This document shows positions 21,701-32,987 of a stretch of 64,000 bases of DNA, piece by piece. Both the position numbers and the translations under genes were made by a program. Origin of the DNA: Podarcis filfolensis (lineage: Eukaryota); assembly GCA_964270895.1 (NCBI GenBank), contig OZ185435.1. The stretch is one strand, 5' to 3'. Below the pieces are notes generated by a model, which saw nothing but the letters and a program-made list of their open reading frames with translations, made no database searches and had not been told where the DNA came from. The first letter of the stretch is position 1. Each line of letters starts with the position of its first letter.

Positions 21701-23614
21701 CTGGAAATCATACTTTGCCCTGGTCCAGCTTTCTGAGATGTCACTAAGCATGTTCACATATTTTCAATATGCAGGGGTTAGAATCTTTAGAAGTGGTGGT
21801 GGTAGGAATGGAGGTATAGAAAAATGGTCAAAATGCTAAATTTGGGACTTGCACACAGCTATGGAATGGACACAGTCCAGAAATACTTTTACTGGGGAGT
21901 ATAATTGCATTTCATTTTCATGTTCTAAGCTTTAGGTTATGCCTTAAGTTCTCAAGTGCTGTTCATGGGGTTATACCCCTTAAGTAGTGGACTCAATTTA
22001 ACCATGCTGCTGCACCCAGTTCTGCTATCTCTGGCCTAGACCATGTTTCTCAGCTTTGCTTGATTGCAGCTTCAGCCCTTACGTAAACTAGAGGTCTGGT
22101 GTTCCTTTTCATGAGTTGCTAACCTCTAAACCTGGTTATGTAGTGTGGTGTAACTCTTGAAAAGCAACCTGGAAACTTAGCTGGTTCAGAATATGCTAAC
22201 TTTGCTTTAGTATGGAACTGACTATAACCCAGGTACTTCCCTGTCTGAGTTATAGGGTTGCCAGTCTGTTGCCATGATCTGTTCAATGTGCTGGCCCTTA
22301 AATAGTCATATGAAGATACTTAGGGGAGTGTCTTCTTCCATTGATTCCATTTGCAGTGAATTTAGAATTAAGATCAAGTGAAAAAGCATGATGGCAAAGC
22401 TATCCTCCAAATGTTTTCTTTAAAGAGAGAGTTCCATTATAAAAGGAAGACTTAAACAAGCTGAAAAGGGCAGCAGAGGAGAGTTAAGATCTGCAAAATA
22501 AATGGGTGGACATAGAAAATTTTTTCCCTAATGCTGTATCATTGACATACGATAGAGATGGGATGAATTCATATGTAACTAGCAGGTTCATGCATATTTA
22601 GAATAAGTGAGATATGTTCCTTCCAGGTTAAAGGAAAATATACCTTGGAAACAATGAGACCATTGTTGTCAGCTCCTGTTTGGCCAAAGATGAAGCAAAA
22701 TGCATAACTAATTAAAACCTTTAAACCCAAGTAATTAACTACCTTCTCCTGAGATCTTGCAACATGCTCCCTTGCAAGAAAAAATACAATAGGTGCTACT
22801 GCAAGTAAGTAGTTGTAATTTTAAAAGATTGCCACAGTATTACTGTTGCTATTCCTCCTATACTAAGGGCCAGGACAGACTGTTAAAATTGTACCCCCAG
22901 CTTGAGGGAAATAGTTTACAGTATATGAGATTTGACAATTGTGTTTCGTGCTGTTATCAAACATTCTTGCAAATGGTTATATCCATCATTACAAATTACC
23001 TTTATTAAGGTAATACAAGTTCACTCTGTGCAAATCTTTCAGCTTAGAATATGTGTGTGTGATAGTTTTGTAGCAATAAGTCATTTTGCCATAGTGTAGG
23101 AGATTCTGGGATGGACTGTTGGCCCATTATTATTATATCCTGTGTGTTTCCCAGAAACATCTAGCTGGCCAGTATTCAAAATAAAATATTTGAGTCCTTG
23201 GTTTGATCCAGCAAGGTAATTATTGCACAATTCATTTTTGGAAAATAATGGTTATGCTATGAGGCAATTGGTAATGTGTTCTAATACTGGGCAGCCAAAT
23301 GTTACAGCCAGCCAGCCAGCCAGCCCTTTTATCCTTCCCCTTTCCAGGGTGTTCTAACATTATAATATTTCCTAGCCTTCTCTAGGATTTCCTAAATGTA
23401 TTGGGAAATGTATGGATCTGGGCAACTGGGTTGAATCCCAGCATTGCATGAGCCAAGTTCTGCTTGTGCAAGTGCACTTCCCCTCCTTTCCTCCCCACCC
23501 CTCAAATCTGCTCTGGAGGCTCACAACCTTCCAGAGCACATATTGGAGGTATACATGGGTAAGGAATGGAAGTTCTAACGTACCTTTTAATGATAAACCT
23601 TTGAAATACTTAAT

Positions 23615-23663
23615 GTTTGTTTGTTTGTTTGTTTGTTTGTTTGTTTGTTTGTTTGTTTGTTTT
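23615..23663. repeat. (GTTT)n microsatellite
   Basis: Directly visible. Confidence 0.95.
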
Positions 23664-24882
23664 ACTGTTCCAGTACCCTTTTACATTCACAAAATGCATG
23701 TCTTGTCATGAAATACCAGTTAGAGCGTAATTAAATTTCTTCCTTTCTTCCATATGTATATTTGATTGTGTATGCCTTATTTAGCTGTACGAAGTAAACT
23801 TGCTGTTGTGAATACGACTGAACTCTCCTTTCACAAAAATACAGAATAAAGAGGCATTTTTAAAAGAACAATTATTATTTTCTGTATCCACTCTTTTCAC
23901 AGTAGTTCTTCATTGGCTTGAAATGAATCTGTCTTCACATCAAAACCCTCCCCTAATTCAAAAAATCTTCCCTTCATTAATACATATTTGCTCCATATGC
24001 CAGCTATTCTATAGACCCACACAATTCACTTTGTATGCGACAAGTGGAAATAGTCCACAACACGAAAGGGATGCTGTTGGCCCAAACAATGAACCAAGGC
24101 ATAGAAAACAACCACACATGTCTGTAATTACTCCCTTAGGGAAATTTATGTGAGAAGATGACCCCCCACCCAACCCAATATTTCTGAAAACATTGGAGTC
24201 ATTGGACTCCAATATAATATATCTTTGCAATAAACTTTGCCACTAAAGGTAGTGAGCTAAAAGCTAATAGCTAATCATATTCAGTATTGGAGACCAACTC
24301 TTCTGAGCTAAGCATATCTGGCATAATACCTAGTTAAAGGATGGGGCTGAAATTATAACTCCTTTTTAATTTCACCTTTTGCACTGCTACTTCTTACATG
24401 TATGATACCTAAACACTTAAATGAGAAGTGGCCTATTGGCTTTTCATTTAAACTTGCAGAGCTTTAAAAGCAATGTGAAAAATGAAAATTGAAAAGCTCT
24501 TCAGTTGTACGTGGGGAAGAGAAACTAAACTTTCTTTTTCATACACTTTGTTCTTAAGTGGCCTTTCATTTGAGCTCCAGCTTGCTTCATTTTATCCAGT
24601 GCCTTCAGATTGTCTGTGTCCCTTGAACACTCCTTACCAAAATAGTAGAATTGTTCTGAGTCCAAAGCGCCCCCCCCCCCATTTTTTTGTCTTTAGCCTG
24701 TTTTCAGCTGCTGGTCATGTGATTCTATCCAGAGAGGAGCAAATGAAATTTCTCATCTTCCCATGCCACACAATTCATTTAGGGGCTTATAGCTGCACTG
24801 CTCCCTATGAGTTGCTTGTTATGGTGCAGAGTAGAAGTCTCCAGAAATAGTTGGGTATTGTTATTTTTTCTAAGTATAGATA

Positions 24883-25096
24883 CAGTCATACCTCGGGTTA
24901 CGAACGCTGCGGATTGCGCATTTCCGGGTTGTGGATCGTGCCGAACCCCAGAAGTACCGTTACTTCTGGGTTTCCGCACATGTGCAGATGTGCCGAATTG
25001 CATAGCGCGTGCGCAGACGCAGCGCTTCAGGCTGCGAACGCTGTGGGTTGCGAACGTGCCTCCAGAACGGATCAAATTCGCAACGAGGTATGACTG
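24883..25096. mobile_element. Tc1/mariner-type MITE (CAGTCATACCTCG TIR family)
   Basis: 13-bp perfect TIR, TA on both flanks, CpG-rich (young). Confidence 0.88.
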
Positions 25097-25559
25097 TAGT
25101 GGCTTGTGAATTTTGTTTACATAAACTATTTGTAAATAATTTGTCATTCGTAATTTTTTCTCTCCTGCCTCATCAGCTTAGACTTCTTTGCTCCAAGAAC
25201 TTTGCCTTGGGCTGCTAGACCTGAACCTTAACACTTGATGGCTACATAAGCAAGGAGGGTTTTTTCTGGGGGGAAAGGAGTTCTGGAGAGAAGAAATGGG
25301 AAAAGGTGTCATTTTTTCCCTCTTCTTCCTTTAATTTCATAGCATATATTCCATCCTCCTTTTCTTCTAGGATACTCAATATTAGCTGTATGGGTTCAAG
25401 GAGATTCATTTCTTCCTCCCTCCAATTTCCTTTCCTACCCCCCCCCCCCTCAGTTGATGACTAAACCATATACTGGCTCCATTAAATCATTTTGTTTTTA
25501 TTTGTAGGCTTGGCTGCTATCAACATCTGTCATAGAACCTCAGAGGTGCTAGTCAGACT

Positions 25560-25561
<2 letters not shown>

Positions 25562-25593
<32 letters not shown>
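25562..25593. repeat. (TG)n microsatellite
   Basis: Directly visible. Confidence 0.95.
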
Positions 25594-25597
<4 letters not shown>

Positions 25598-26356
25598 CAT
25601 ACTTGTATCTTTGTGTGTGTGTATGCACATGTAGAAAGTCCATGTAGCACCTTGTCCAGAGTATTTTCAAAATCTGAAAATAGGTTCCAAATAAATTACT
25701 GCAGATAAAGGTTGATGAGAGAGTGTGTGCATATATTTTCAGAAAAAGCTCTTGTCAGAAATGACTTTAATATCAAAGTAGTTTTTTGTTCAAATCCTTA
25801 TTTTTTCTTTGTCAACCACCATTGCAATTATTAGTGTTCTAAACTTCATATTATATGTAATCAAAAGAATTGAATTCTTTTAACCACTTTCTAAAACAAG
25901 TTCCTTGTGTGGCATGGCTGGAAAGAGACTTCTGATATATTCATTTTTACATAAAATACAATAAAAAAACTTAATTATAATAAGAAATTAGTTGGTCCAG
26001 ATTTAGAAACAGTGGTCTGTGTTGGAGACATCAACCTTGTTTGGCCTGTGGGCTCATTTGTATTTTTGAGCAAACGCCATAGGCACCCCTCTCTCCGGTT
26101 ACTTCACACTCCTTTCCCTAGATCAGTTGTCCCCCCACCCACAAAAGTCAGTGAAAGTGGCAACTTGAACGCACACTTTGCTTTTCCAGGGGATCTTTGT
26201 AAAAGTCCAGTGGAATTAATTTGAAAAGCTCTTCTCATTATTTGAACTTACTGCTTACTTTTTTAAAGAAGAAGGTAACTCTAAGAGACTTGCAAAAAAT
26301 AAAACAGCATGAAAACAGTATAAAATTCAAACAGTAAAAGCCGAATATTATATTTA

Positions 26357-26597
26357 CAGTGGTACCTTGAGTTACAAATGCCTCAGGTTAAAAGCGCTTC
26401 AGGTTACAGACTCCAGTAACCTGGAAGAGTTACCTCAAGTTGAGAACTTTGCCCCAGGATGAGAACGGGAATCGTGTGCTGGCGGCGCAGCAGCAGCAAG
26501 AGGCCCCATTAGTGAAAGCACACCTCTAGTTAAGAACAGTTTCAGGTTAAGAACGGACCTCCGGAATGAATTAAGTTCGTAACTAGAGGTACCACGG
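26357..26597 (-). mobile_element. Tc1/mariner-type MITE (CAGTGGTACCT TIR family), opposite orientation to the other copies
   Basis: TIRs, TA flanks, and internal sequence that is the reverse complement of the 51572 and 62737 copies. Confidence 0.9.
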
Positions 26598-26629
26598 TAT
26601 AAGAGAGTAGGACTAACATATCTCACACA

Positions 26630-26965
26630 GAAAAGGCCACATATAATCAAAACCAAAGGCCTGACAAGAAATACTCCCCTCCTCCGGCACCTAAAGATAC
26701 ATAATGATGGCCCCAGGCATAGCTCCTTGGGGAAAGCAGCCCATAAGTGGAGAACCATCACTGGAAAGGCCTGCTCTTGTTTTTACACCTCCTGCACCTT
26801 CCTTGGAGTGGGTATATGAAGAAGGACCAAGGGTATGGGTTGGTTTATATTGCAAAGAGTCAGTCCTTAGAGTATTGGGATCCTGAGACACAAAAAGTAT
26901 TTATAGGTCAAAGCCAGCACCTTGAATTTAGCCTGGAAATTAATTGGAAGTCAGTGTAGTTTGCC
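26630..26965 (-). mobile_element. L2 LINE fragment
   Basis: Shares TTTATAGGTCAAA..CAGCAC.TTGAATT..GCC.GGAAA motifs with the 48000-48490 and 43850-44050 fragments. Confidence 0.6.
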
Positions 26966-27061
26966 AGAATTGGAGCTGAAAGAGAAATGGGAGAGAAAGT
27001 AACCCTTCTAATGTCTTGTCAGTCTGTTTCTAATCAATTCTTTAGTTTTTCTCCCTGCTTC

Positions 27062-27110
27062 CTCAATATTACATTACATTCTTCAATATTACATTCCTCA
27101 ATATTACATT
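27062..27110. repeat. Short tandem repeat TCAATATTACATT x3
   Basis: Directly visible. Confidence 0.85.
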
Positions 27111-27329
27111 AACAACTATTGTGTCCATAGAGTATTCTGTTTTTACTCTTTGCTACAAAAATTCTCCCTGTATACTTTTCTGCATTCCACATGAGCATAA
27201 TCTTGGTTTTGGCCACATCTCCCAACACAAACATTTGCATTTCATAACAATACATGTTATACATTTTCTAAATTGCTTATCTATCTCTTGTCTCACTTCT
27301 TGTAGAAAAAAGTGCCTGCTAAATCTTTC

Positions 27330-28190
27330 TCCTGATTTCCTTTGGAATTTCAACTCTTCCAGTTTTTTAAAGCTCTGAGCCAGTCAGGTTTCTTTCTTTT
27401 TCTAGTCGCCTTCCCATCAATTTCTGCTTGTATATTTGAATTTACAACATTTTCTCTAACATGAAAAAAAAATACCTTTTGGGTATCATGTCAGTTGTCT
27501 TTATTTAATCCATAATGGTTATCAATCTCCCCATCCATTCAGTGATAATATTTAAAAAATTCCCTGAGGAAGGTTTGTGTGTTGCCTTTAAAATCTCTGG
27601 TTAATCTGCAGTAAATCTATCAAATATGAAAACCATCTGGGATTCTTGGCTCCACGTTGTCCACAGACTTTTTGAAGAGCATTCAAGGGTGGACCAAGAT
27701 TGGCCCATGAGCTTGGAGGTTTCCCCCACCCCTGTTCTGTACATTTGGTCATTTTAATGCTTTCCATCAGTTTGCCCCAGAGTGACCAACATTAAGCTAA
27801 GTGGCCTATAATTCTTCCTTGTTCTTGCTTTTTCTTTTTCTCTTTTTAAAAAAGATGTTTATTGTTAGTATTGCTAATAATTGGTCTCCATATTTGAGGA
27901 CTAGAAACTACTCAATCTTGGCAGCAATTTATTTTGGTTAGATAATCAGCAATTCCACATTTGGATTCTTTTAAGAATTCTTGGGTTGATAATTTTTTGT
28001 TTTTTTAAATAGAGCATAGAACTTCATTTCTTGCCATCATGTTCCTCAGTTCTTTAGACAAACATCTATCTGCCCGACATGTTCTGTAGTGAAAGTAGAT
28101 GCAAATAATTAATTCAGTTTCTCTGCAGTCGTCTTTTCCTCCTTTAGTACATGCTCGGCCCACATTTCTTCAGCCCTATTATCGCAGCTG
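27330..28190 (-). mobile_element. Highly decayed CR1 LINE ORF2 fragments
   Basis: Minus strand resembles the CR1 RT region. Very eroded, judged by eye. Confidence 0.4.
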
Positions 28191-28523
28191 ATAAAACTAG
28201 ATTAGCAGGCTTTTGAAACAATACAAAATCTGCTTAATGGAGTGAAAGTGGGATATGTGTATTTGTTACTCTATAAACTTAACTTCAGTAAATTTTACCT
28301 GGGTGGTTTACAAGACTGTAAAAACAAATCAATGATAAAAGCAAAATAATAATAATAAGAACAGTAATAATTATTAATAAAGTAATAACAAAATGGCATA
28401 AGCAGCAAATTCATCTTTTACACTGCATTCACATGGGGGAGGAAAGTTTTTTTTTTTTCTCCTCTCAATGTTTTGAATTTGAAGCAGGTTGCAGTAAGAA
28501 GTGTGGACAGAAGAGAGGGCAAC

Positions 28524-28810
28524 GATATAAGATATATACGATATCTTTATTGTCATTGTCCCATGCAGAACAATGAAATTGAAAAACTACATAAAACATT
28601 CAAAAACCCCTAAAAACTCTGAAACCCCATTTTAAAATACACTTTACTATAGAGACCCCTTATGCTGTGTTTAGAACCAGAATTGCATTTGCATAGAAAC
28701 TGTTTCTCAGGCGGCTAGTCCTGGCCTTTATAACCCTATACCTTCTTCCAGAAGGCAGAAGCTGAAAGAGATAATTTCCGGGGTGCGTACTATCCTGCGC
28801 TATCTCTAGC
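28524..28810 (-). mobile_element. Rex1/Babar LINE 3' fragment
   Basis: Minus strand encodes DSTHPGNYLFQLLPSGRRYRVIKARTSRLRNSFYANAILVLNTA* (stop at 28660-28662) and ends in CAATGACAATAAAGAT plus a short ATC/AT-rich tail. Confidence 0.8.
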
Positions 28811-30544
28811 AGAGTTATAAAGAGGAGATTTTACAGACTTGGGACAGTGGTATAGCATAAGGCACAGGAATTGTAATGGCAGCGGAGAGATCTGATATTT
28901 GATGAAAACTACAGCAGAAAAGTAATGTGCATGAGGAAGAATCCACAACAGGTGTAGCCTAGTTCAGAAAGGTGGATAAAGTTAAATATAATAACAAGAA
29001 ACTAGGAATTTGTGCGGAGCATGTACCCAGAAGAGAAGGAAAATGATTTGGGAAGGCCAGATATGGGAGAAGGGAAGGCTAGCTCGAAAAGGGATCTAGC
29101 ATCAAAATAATAGTATTTTCAGAAACCAGGTGGTTTAACTTGTTTTGCATAATGCCCAAATGTGAAGTTGCTTTAGTTCAGGAGTACAGCTGTACTTTGA
29201 AACAGGGAGAGGAATTCAGCATAGTAATATGGCAGTCCTGTCAGCCCAAGATTTTCAGCTTGCCAGATGGAACACCCACCCTCCCCCTTTCCCCCTGTAT
29301 GCTGTTCTGGAGATTCGCCCAATTCTTCCCCTCCTCCCCTGCAAATTTCAGGGCACACAGGAAAAGGAGAAAGAGAAAAAAGCCCGTTGTGCTGGTGGAA
29401 GTCTTTGCACAGAATTTTGCTGATGGGACTAGTTAGTTGAATCCCAGCCACATTGATAAGAGGACATTACATTTAGAACACTTGCAGGAAATGGGGACTG
29501 CAATTTTGCAAAGTTCTGTATTGTATGTCCAACTGAAAATCAGTGGGACATAACCACCTGTGCATATGTGTAATATTTCAGGGAAGGAGCAGGACCCAAA
29601 GAACTGCTTACAGGTGAGTGCAAGGGTTTGCACACACTGGTGGATTTTTTTTTAACAGTACCCCCCACTCCCCCAAGTGGCAAATTACAAATTGCTTTGG
29701 GAAGGCCCCTTGGTACTTAAAGTTCATTCACCATGGAGCATGCAGGCTGCTGTTTTCAGAAAGCATATGCACAAAGCACATTAGCTGCAGAGAATTAGTT
29801 GCATGGTTTGTTAGTCTGGCCAAACTCTATTGCAGGGATAAGCAACCTTTTTCAGCCGTTGCCGGACTATATTTTGAAAAAATAAATGAACGAATTCCTG
29901 TGCCCCATAAATAAATTAGAGATGCATTTTAAATAAAAGGACACATTCTACTCATGTAAAAAACGCTGATTCCCGGACCATCTGCAGGCTGGATTGAGAA
30001 GGTGATTGGGCCTTAGACTGCCTACCCCTGCTGTATTGCTTTTCTGAATAGCCAAGGCGATAGAGGCAAATATTTATTTGTGCAAAAGCAGAAATGTGAT
30101 TTTTTAAAAATAAGGTTTTTAGAAGTCAATGAAATTTCAACAGCATAACTTTTTAAAGTGAAACACAAAATAGCTTTTTAACCGATTTTGTTTTTATAGT
30201 ATTAAGTAATTATTCCTCAAATAGAGGGGGTGGTCCTGCTGTAGGACTTAGAAACTAAAAAGACACAAGGGAAAGGGATTGCAGGGACAAGGTACAGGAG
30301 GAAAAGCACTTCTTCAAGGCCAGTACAAAGTGGTGAGCAGCAAGCATTTATATCCATTGTATTTATTTGGCTGTAGTAAAAGCTCAGAGTGGTTTCCAAA
30401 AATAATACATTTCATAGTTCTGTAAAAGCCCCACACCCCTAGCAGCTTGAGGATAATGATGATGATGATGATAAAAAATTACACTCCACCCATCAGACTG
30501 GAGTGCTCCAGACTGGGTGGCTTCCAACATAATACAAAAACAGT

Positions 30545-30790
30545 GAGACATCAAACATTAACAATTCCTGCTACATGGCTGCCTTCAGATGTCTTCAGAA
30601 AGTTGTGTAATTGTTTATCAGTTTGACATCTGATGGGAGGATGCTGTACGGAGTGGATGCAACTACCAAGAAGGCCCTCTTCCTGGTTCCCTGTAACTTC
30701 TCGCAGTGAGGGAGCTGCTAGAAGGCCCTCGGAACTGGACCTCGGTGTCTGAGCCGAACGATGGGGGTGGAGATTCTCCTTCAGCTATAA
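30545..30790 (-). mobile_element. L2 LINE 3' fragment
   Basis: TTGACATCTGATGGGAGG...AAGGCCCTC..CCTGGTTCCCTGTAAC..CTCGCAGTGAGGGA..GAACGATGGGGGTGGAGA, as recalled for lacertid L2. Confidence 0.75.
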
Positions 30791-32933
30791 AAGTTTGATA
30801 GAAGACTGGGGAGTGGGAGCAGTGAATTTCTGATAAAAGTCCAGAATCCTTAATATACAAATGAAAGTTGGGTGGGGTTTAGTCCTTATGTCCCATGATG
30901 TTTTTTGGAAAAGGTCAAAACATAGTTCTGTTGGTGCTTTCAAATGGAGAAAGGATCATTTTCAGTATACAGAAAGGCATCCAAAAGGGGAAAGGATTGG
31001 GGAGGGTGTATGGGGAAATGTGATACAGACCCCTAAAGTGTAAATTGATCATTACTTCTTCTGACCCAGTAATAAAATAGGCTGTATATGTGAAGCTGTT
31101 TACCAAGCTTCATTGCTGTGCTTAAAGCTGCTTAATTTCCAAGCATGTTGAAGCTTCTGTTTCCTTTGGTTTAATATCCACTTGTATTCCTAAGATTTTC
31201 CTGATTGAATACCCCCTTCGTGTACCTCTGAATTCTAGGGTATGTCTTCACCTGGGAGAGGTATTCTATACCAATAGCAAGCTCTAAATACACACACAAT
31301 GAGAGCCACAATAGACTTAAGTTTCTACCGAACTTGTTCTCTCCCTGACTCCCAATGTCTCACTTCTCCATCTGCTTTTGGTCCTTCTCTCAAAAGCGTT
31401 TTGAATCTTCTTTGATCTCTTTGTGAAAGGTATAGAGCATGTTTGTGTCTTTTGCTCCTGTGCTCCAAAGACAAATTTCTACTGAATATCTGTTCACCTT
31501 GAACTGCTGTAGCTATAGCACTTCACAAATAAGCATATATCTAATCATCACACTACCTGCCCGATGCCTGATATGTTGATTTCTACCATGGGTTCTACCA
31601 TATTCTTAACATACCCTCTAAAAATGTGATTTGCCTATGTGAGGTACATTGTTAACCACTACAGGTAGGTGGTAACCTCATTCTTTTGCCCATTTCGTAA
31701 GAGAAACAAAACTAATATAAAAGAACAAATGTTCAGTGTGACTTTTAAGTGTTTGCTCAAATTATTGTCTCTGTGTTGAATTAGTAGAACCTTTGACCAG
31801 TGTTGACAGATGGGTTCCAAGCTTCTCATTTAGAAGACATTTCTGGTCTTCCATGCCATGGCTAACACATGGTTCATCCACACATCCCAAGTAATTTTTT
31901 AGTCCAGAAAAGTCACCAATAACCTGGCTGCAGTTTAAAAAATGTAAATGGGTGGTGCTGTTCTCTCCCCCCCCCCATTGCAGAGAAAGGTGGCACCTCT
32001 ATCTTTTTACTAAAGGGCCCTTCTGCCCCCTGGGATGGCACTGTTCTTAAAAGGTTGTCGCCATTGTTAGGTCTTAGAAGGCTAGAAAACAGGAAGAAGA
32101 TCTAACAGTGGTGTCACACCAAAGGGGCCTTTCTCCAATGGCAAGAAGAGGCAGGAAAGTGCTGGGGCAGGGGTAGACCCTGCTTGAGAGCAAGAGCACT
32201 GCTAAGTGAATGTGTGTTTTTGTCTGCTGAGTCCACCCTTCCCCTGCTCTGTGTGCACCTGTGTGCAGGCTCTTGTCTATTTCCTGTTGAGTGCATGAAT
32301 ATGTAAGTGGCATGCCTGCCTTCCCTGGCTGCTGAGGGTACGTATATGTGCCTCTGAATCGGGCTTGGGTTGGCATCCAGCCCTCTACTGCTGAATTACC
32401 ACAAGAGGACTAAATACATGTAACAATTTCCCCACCAGTCTGTAAACCTGCATATAATTGATATACATCATTACACATGCAGAGCCTAAGCAGAAACAGT
32501 TTTAATGTCAGTAAACAATTTTACTTGTGCTGAACTCACATAGTTTGGAGTACAACAACACAATTCCACCCTCCCCTCAAAATAAATAGCATGTCATTCT
32601 CGGTGTCATTTTGCTTTTTGTCGCATTTAGAGTTTACAAACAAATCTTGGATAATTTTTACTTTTCCACAAGGGTCAAAGTAGGTTTTAAAACTCTAGGT
32701 GTGTAAAACTTACCCTTCACTTTTCTCCCTTGGCCAGTATTCCTGACTGGGTTATCGCCAGCCTATAACTCTTTAAATGGCAGACTATTTTTTGGATGCT
32801 TTTGAAAATGAGTATCTATAAGAAGCTCAGACCCTCTAAATTATAATATTGTTTACAGTGAGTGCTAAATTGCTAGAAAACAGAGTCTTGTGTGGGAAAT
32901 CTTCTGATACAGATCATAATGATAAGCATTCTT

Positions 32934-32938
<5 letters not shown>

Positions 32939-32983
<45 letters not shown>
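32939..32983. repeat. (CT)n microsatellite
   Basis: Directly visible. Confidence 0.95.

Positions 32984-32987
<4 letters not shown>

Noticed and set aside
24779-25218. Four overlapping ORFs (80-122 aa) in the ORF track
   Set aside because: They arise from the CpG-rich MITE at 24883-25096 and show no protein family features.
30586-30632. TCAGATGTC...GACATCTGA inverted repeat as a possible pre-miRNA
   Set aside because: Only 9 bp pair, the inner region does not pair, and it lies within an L2 fragment.
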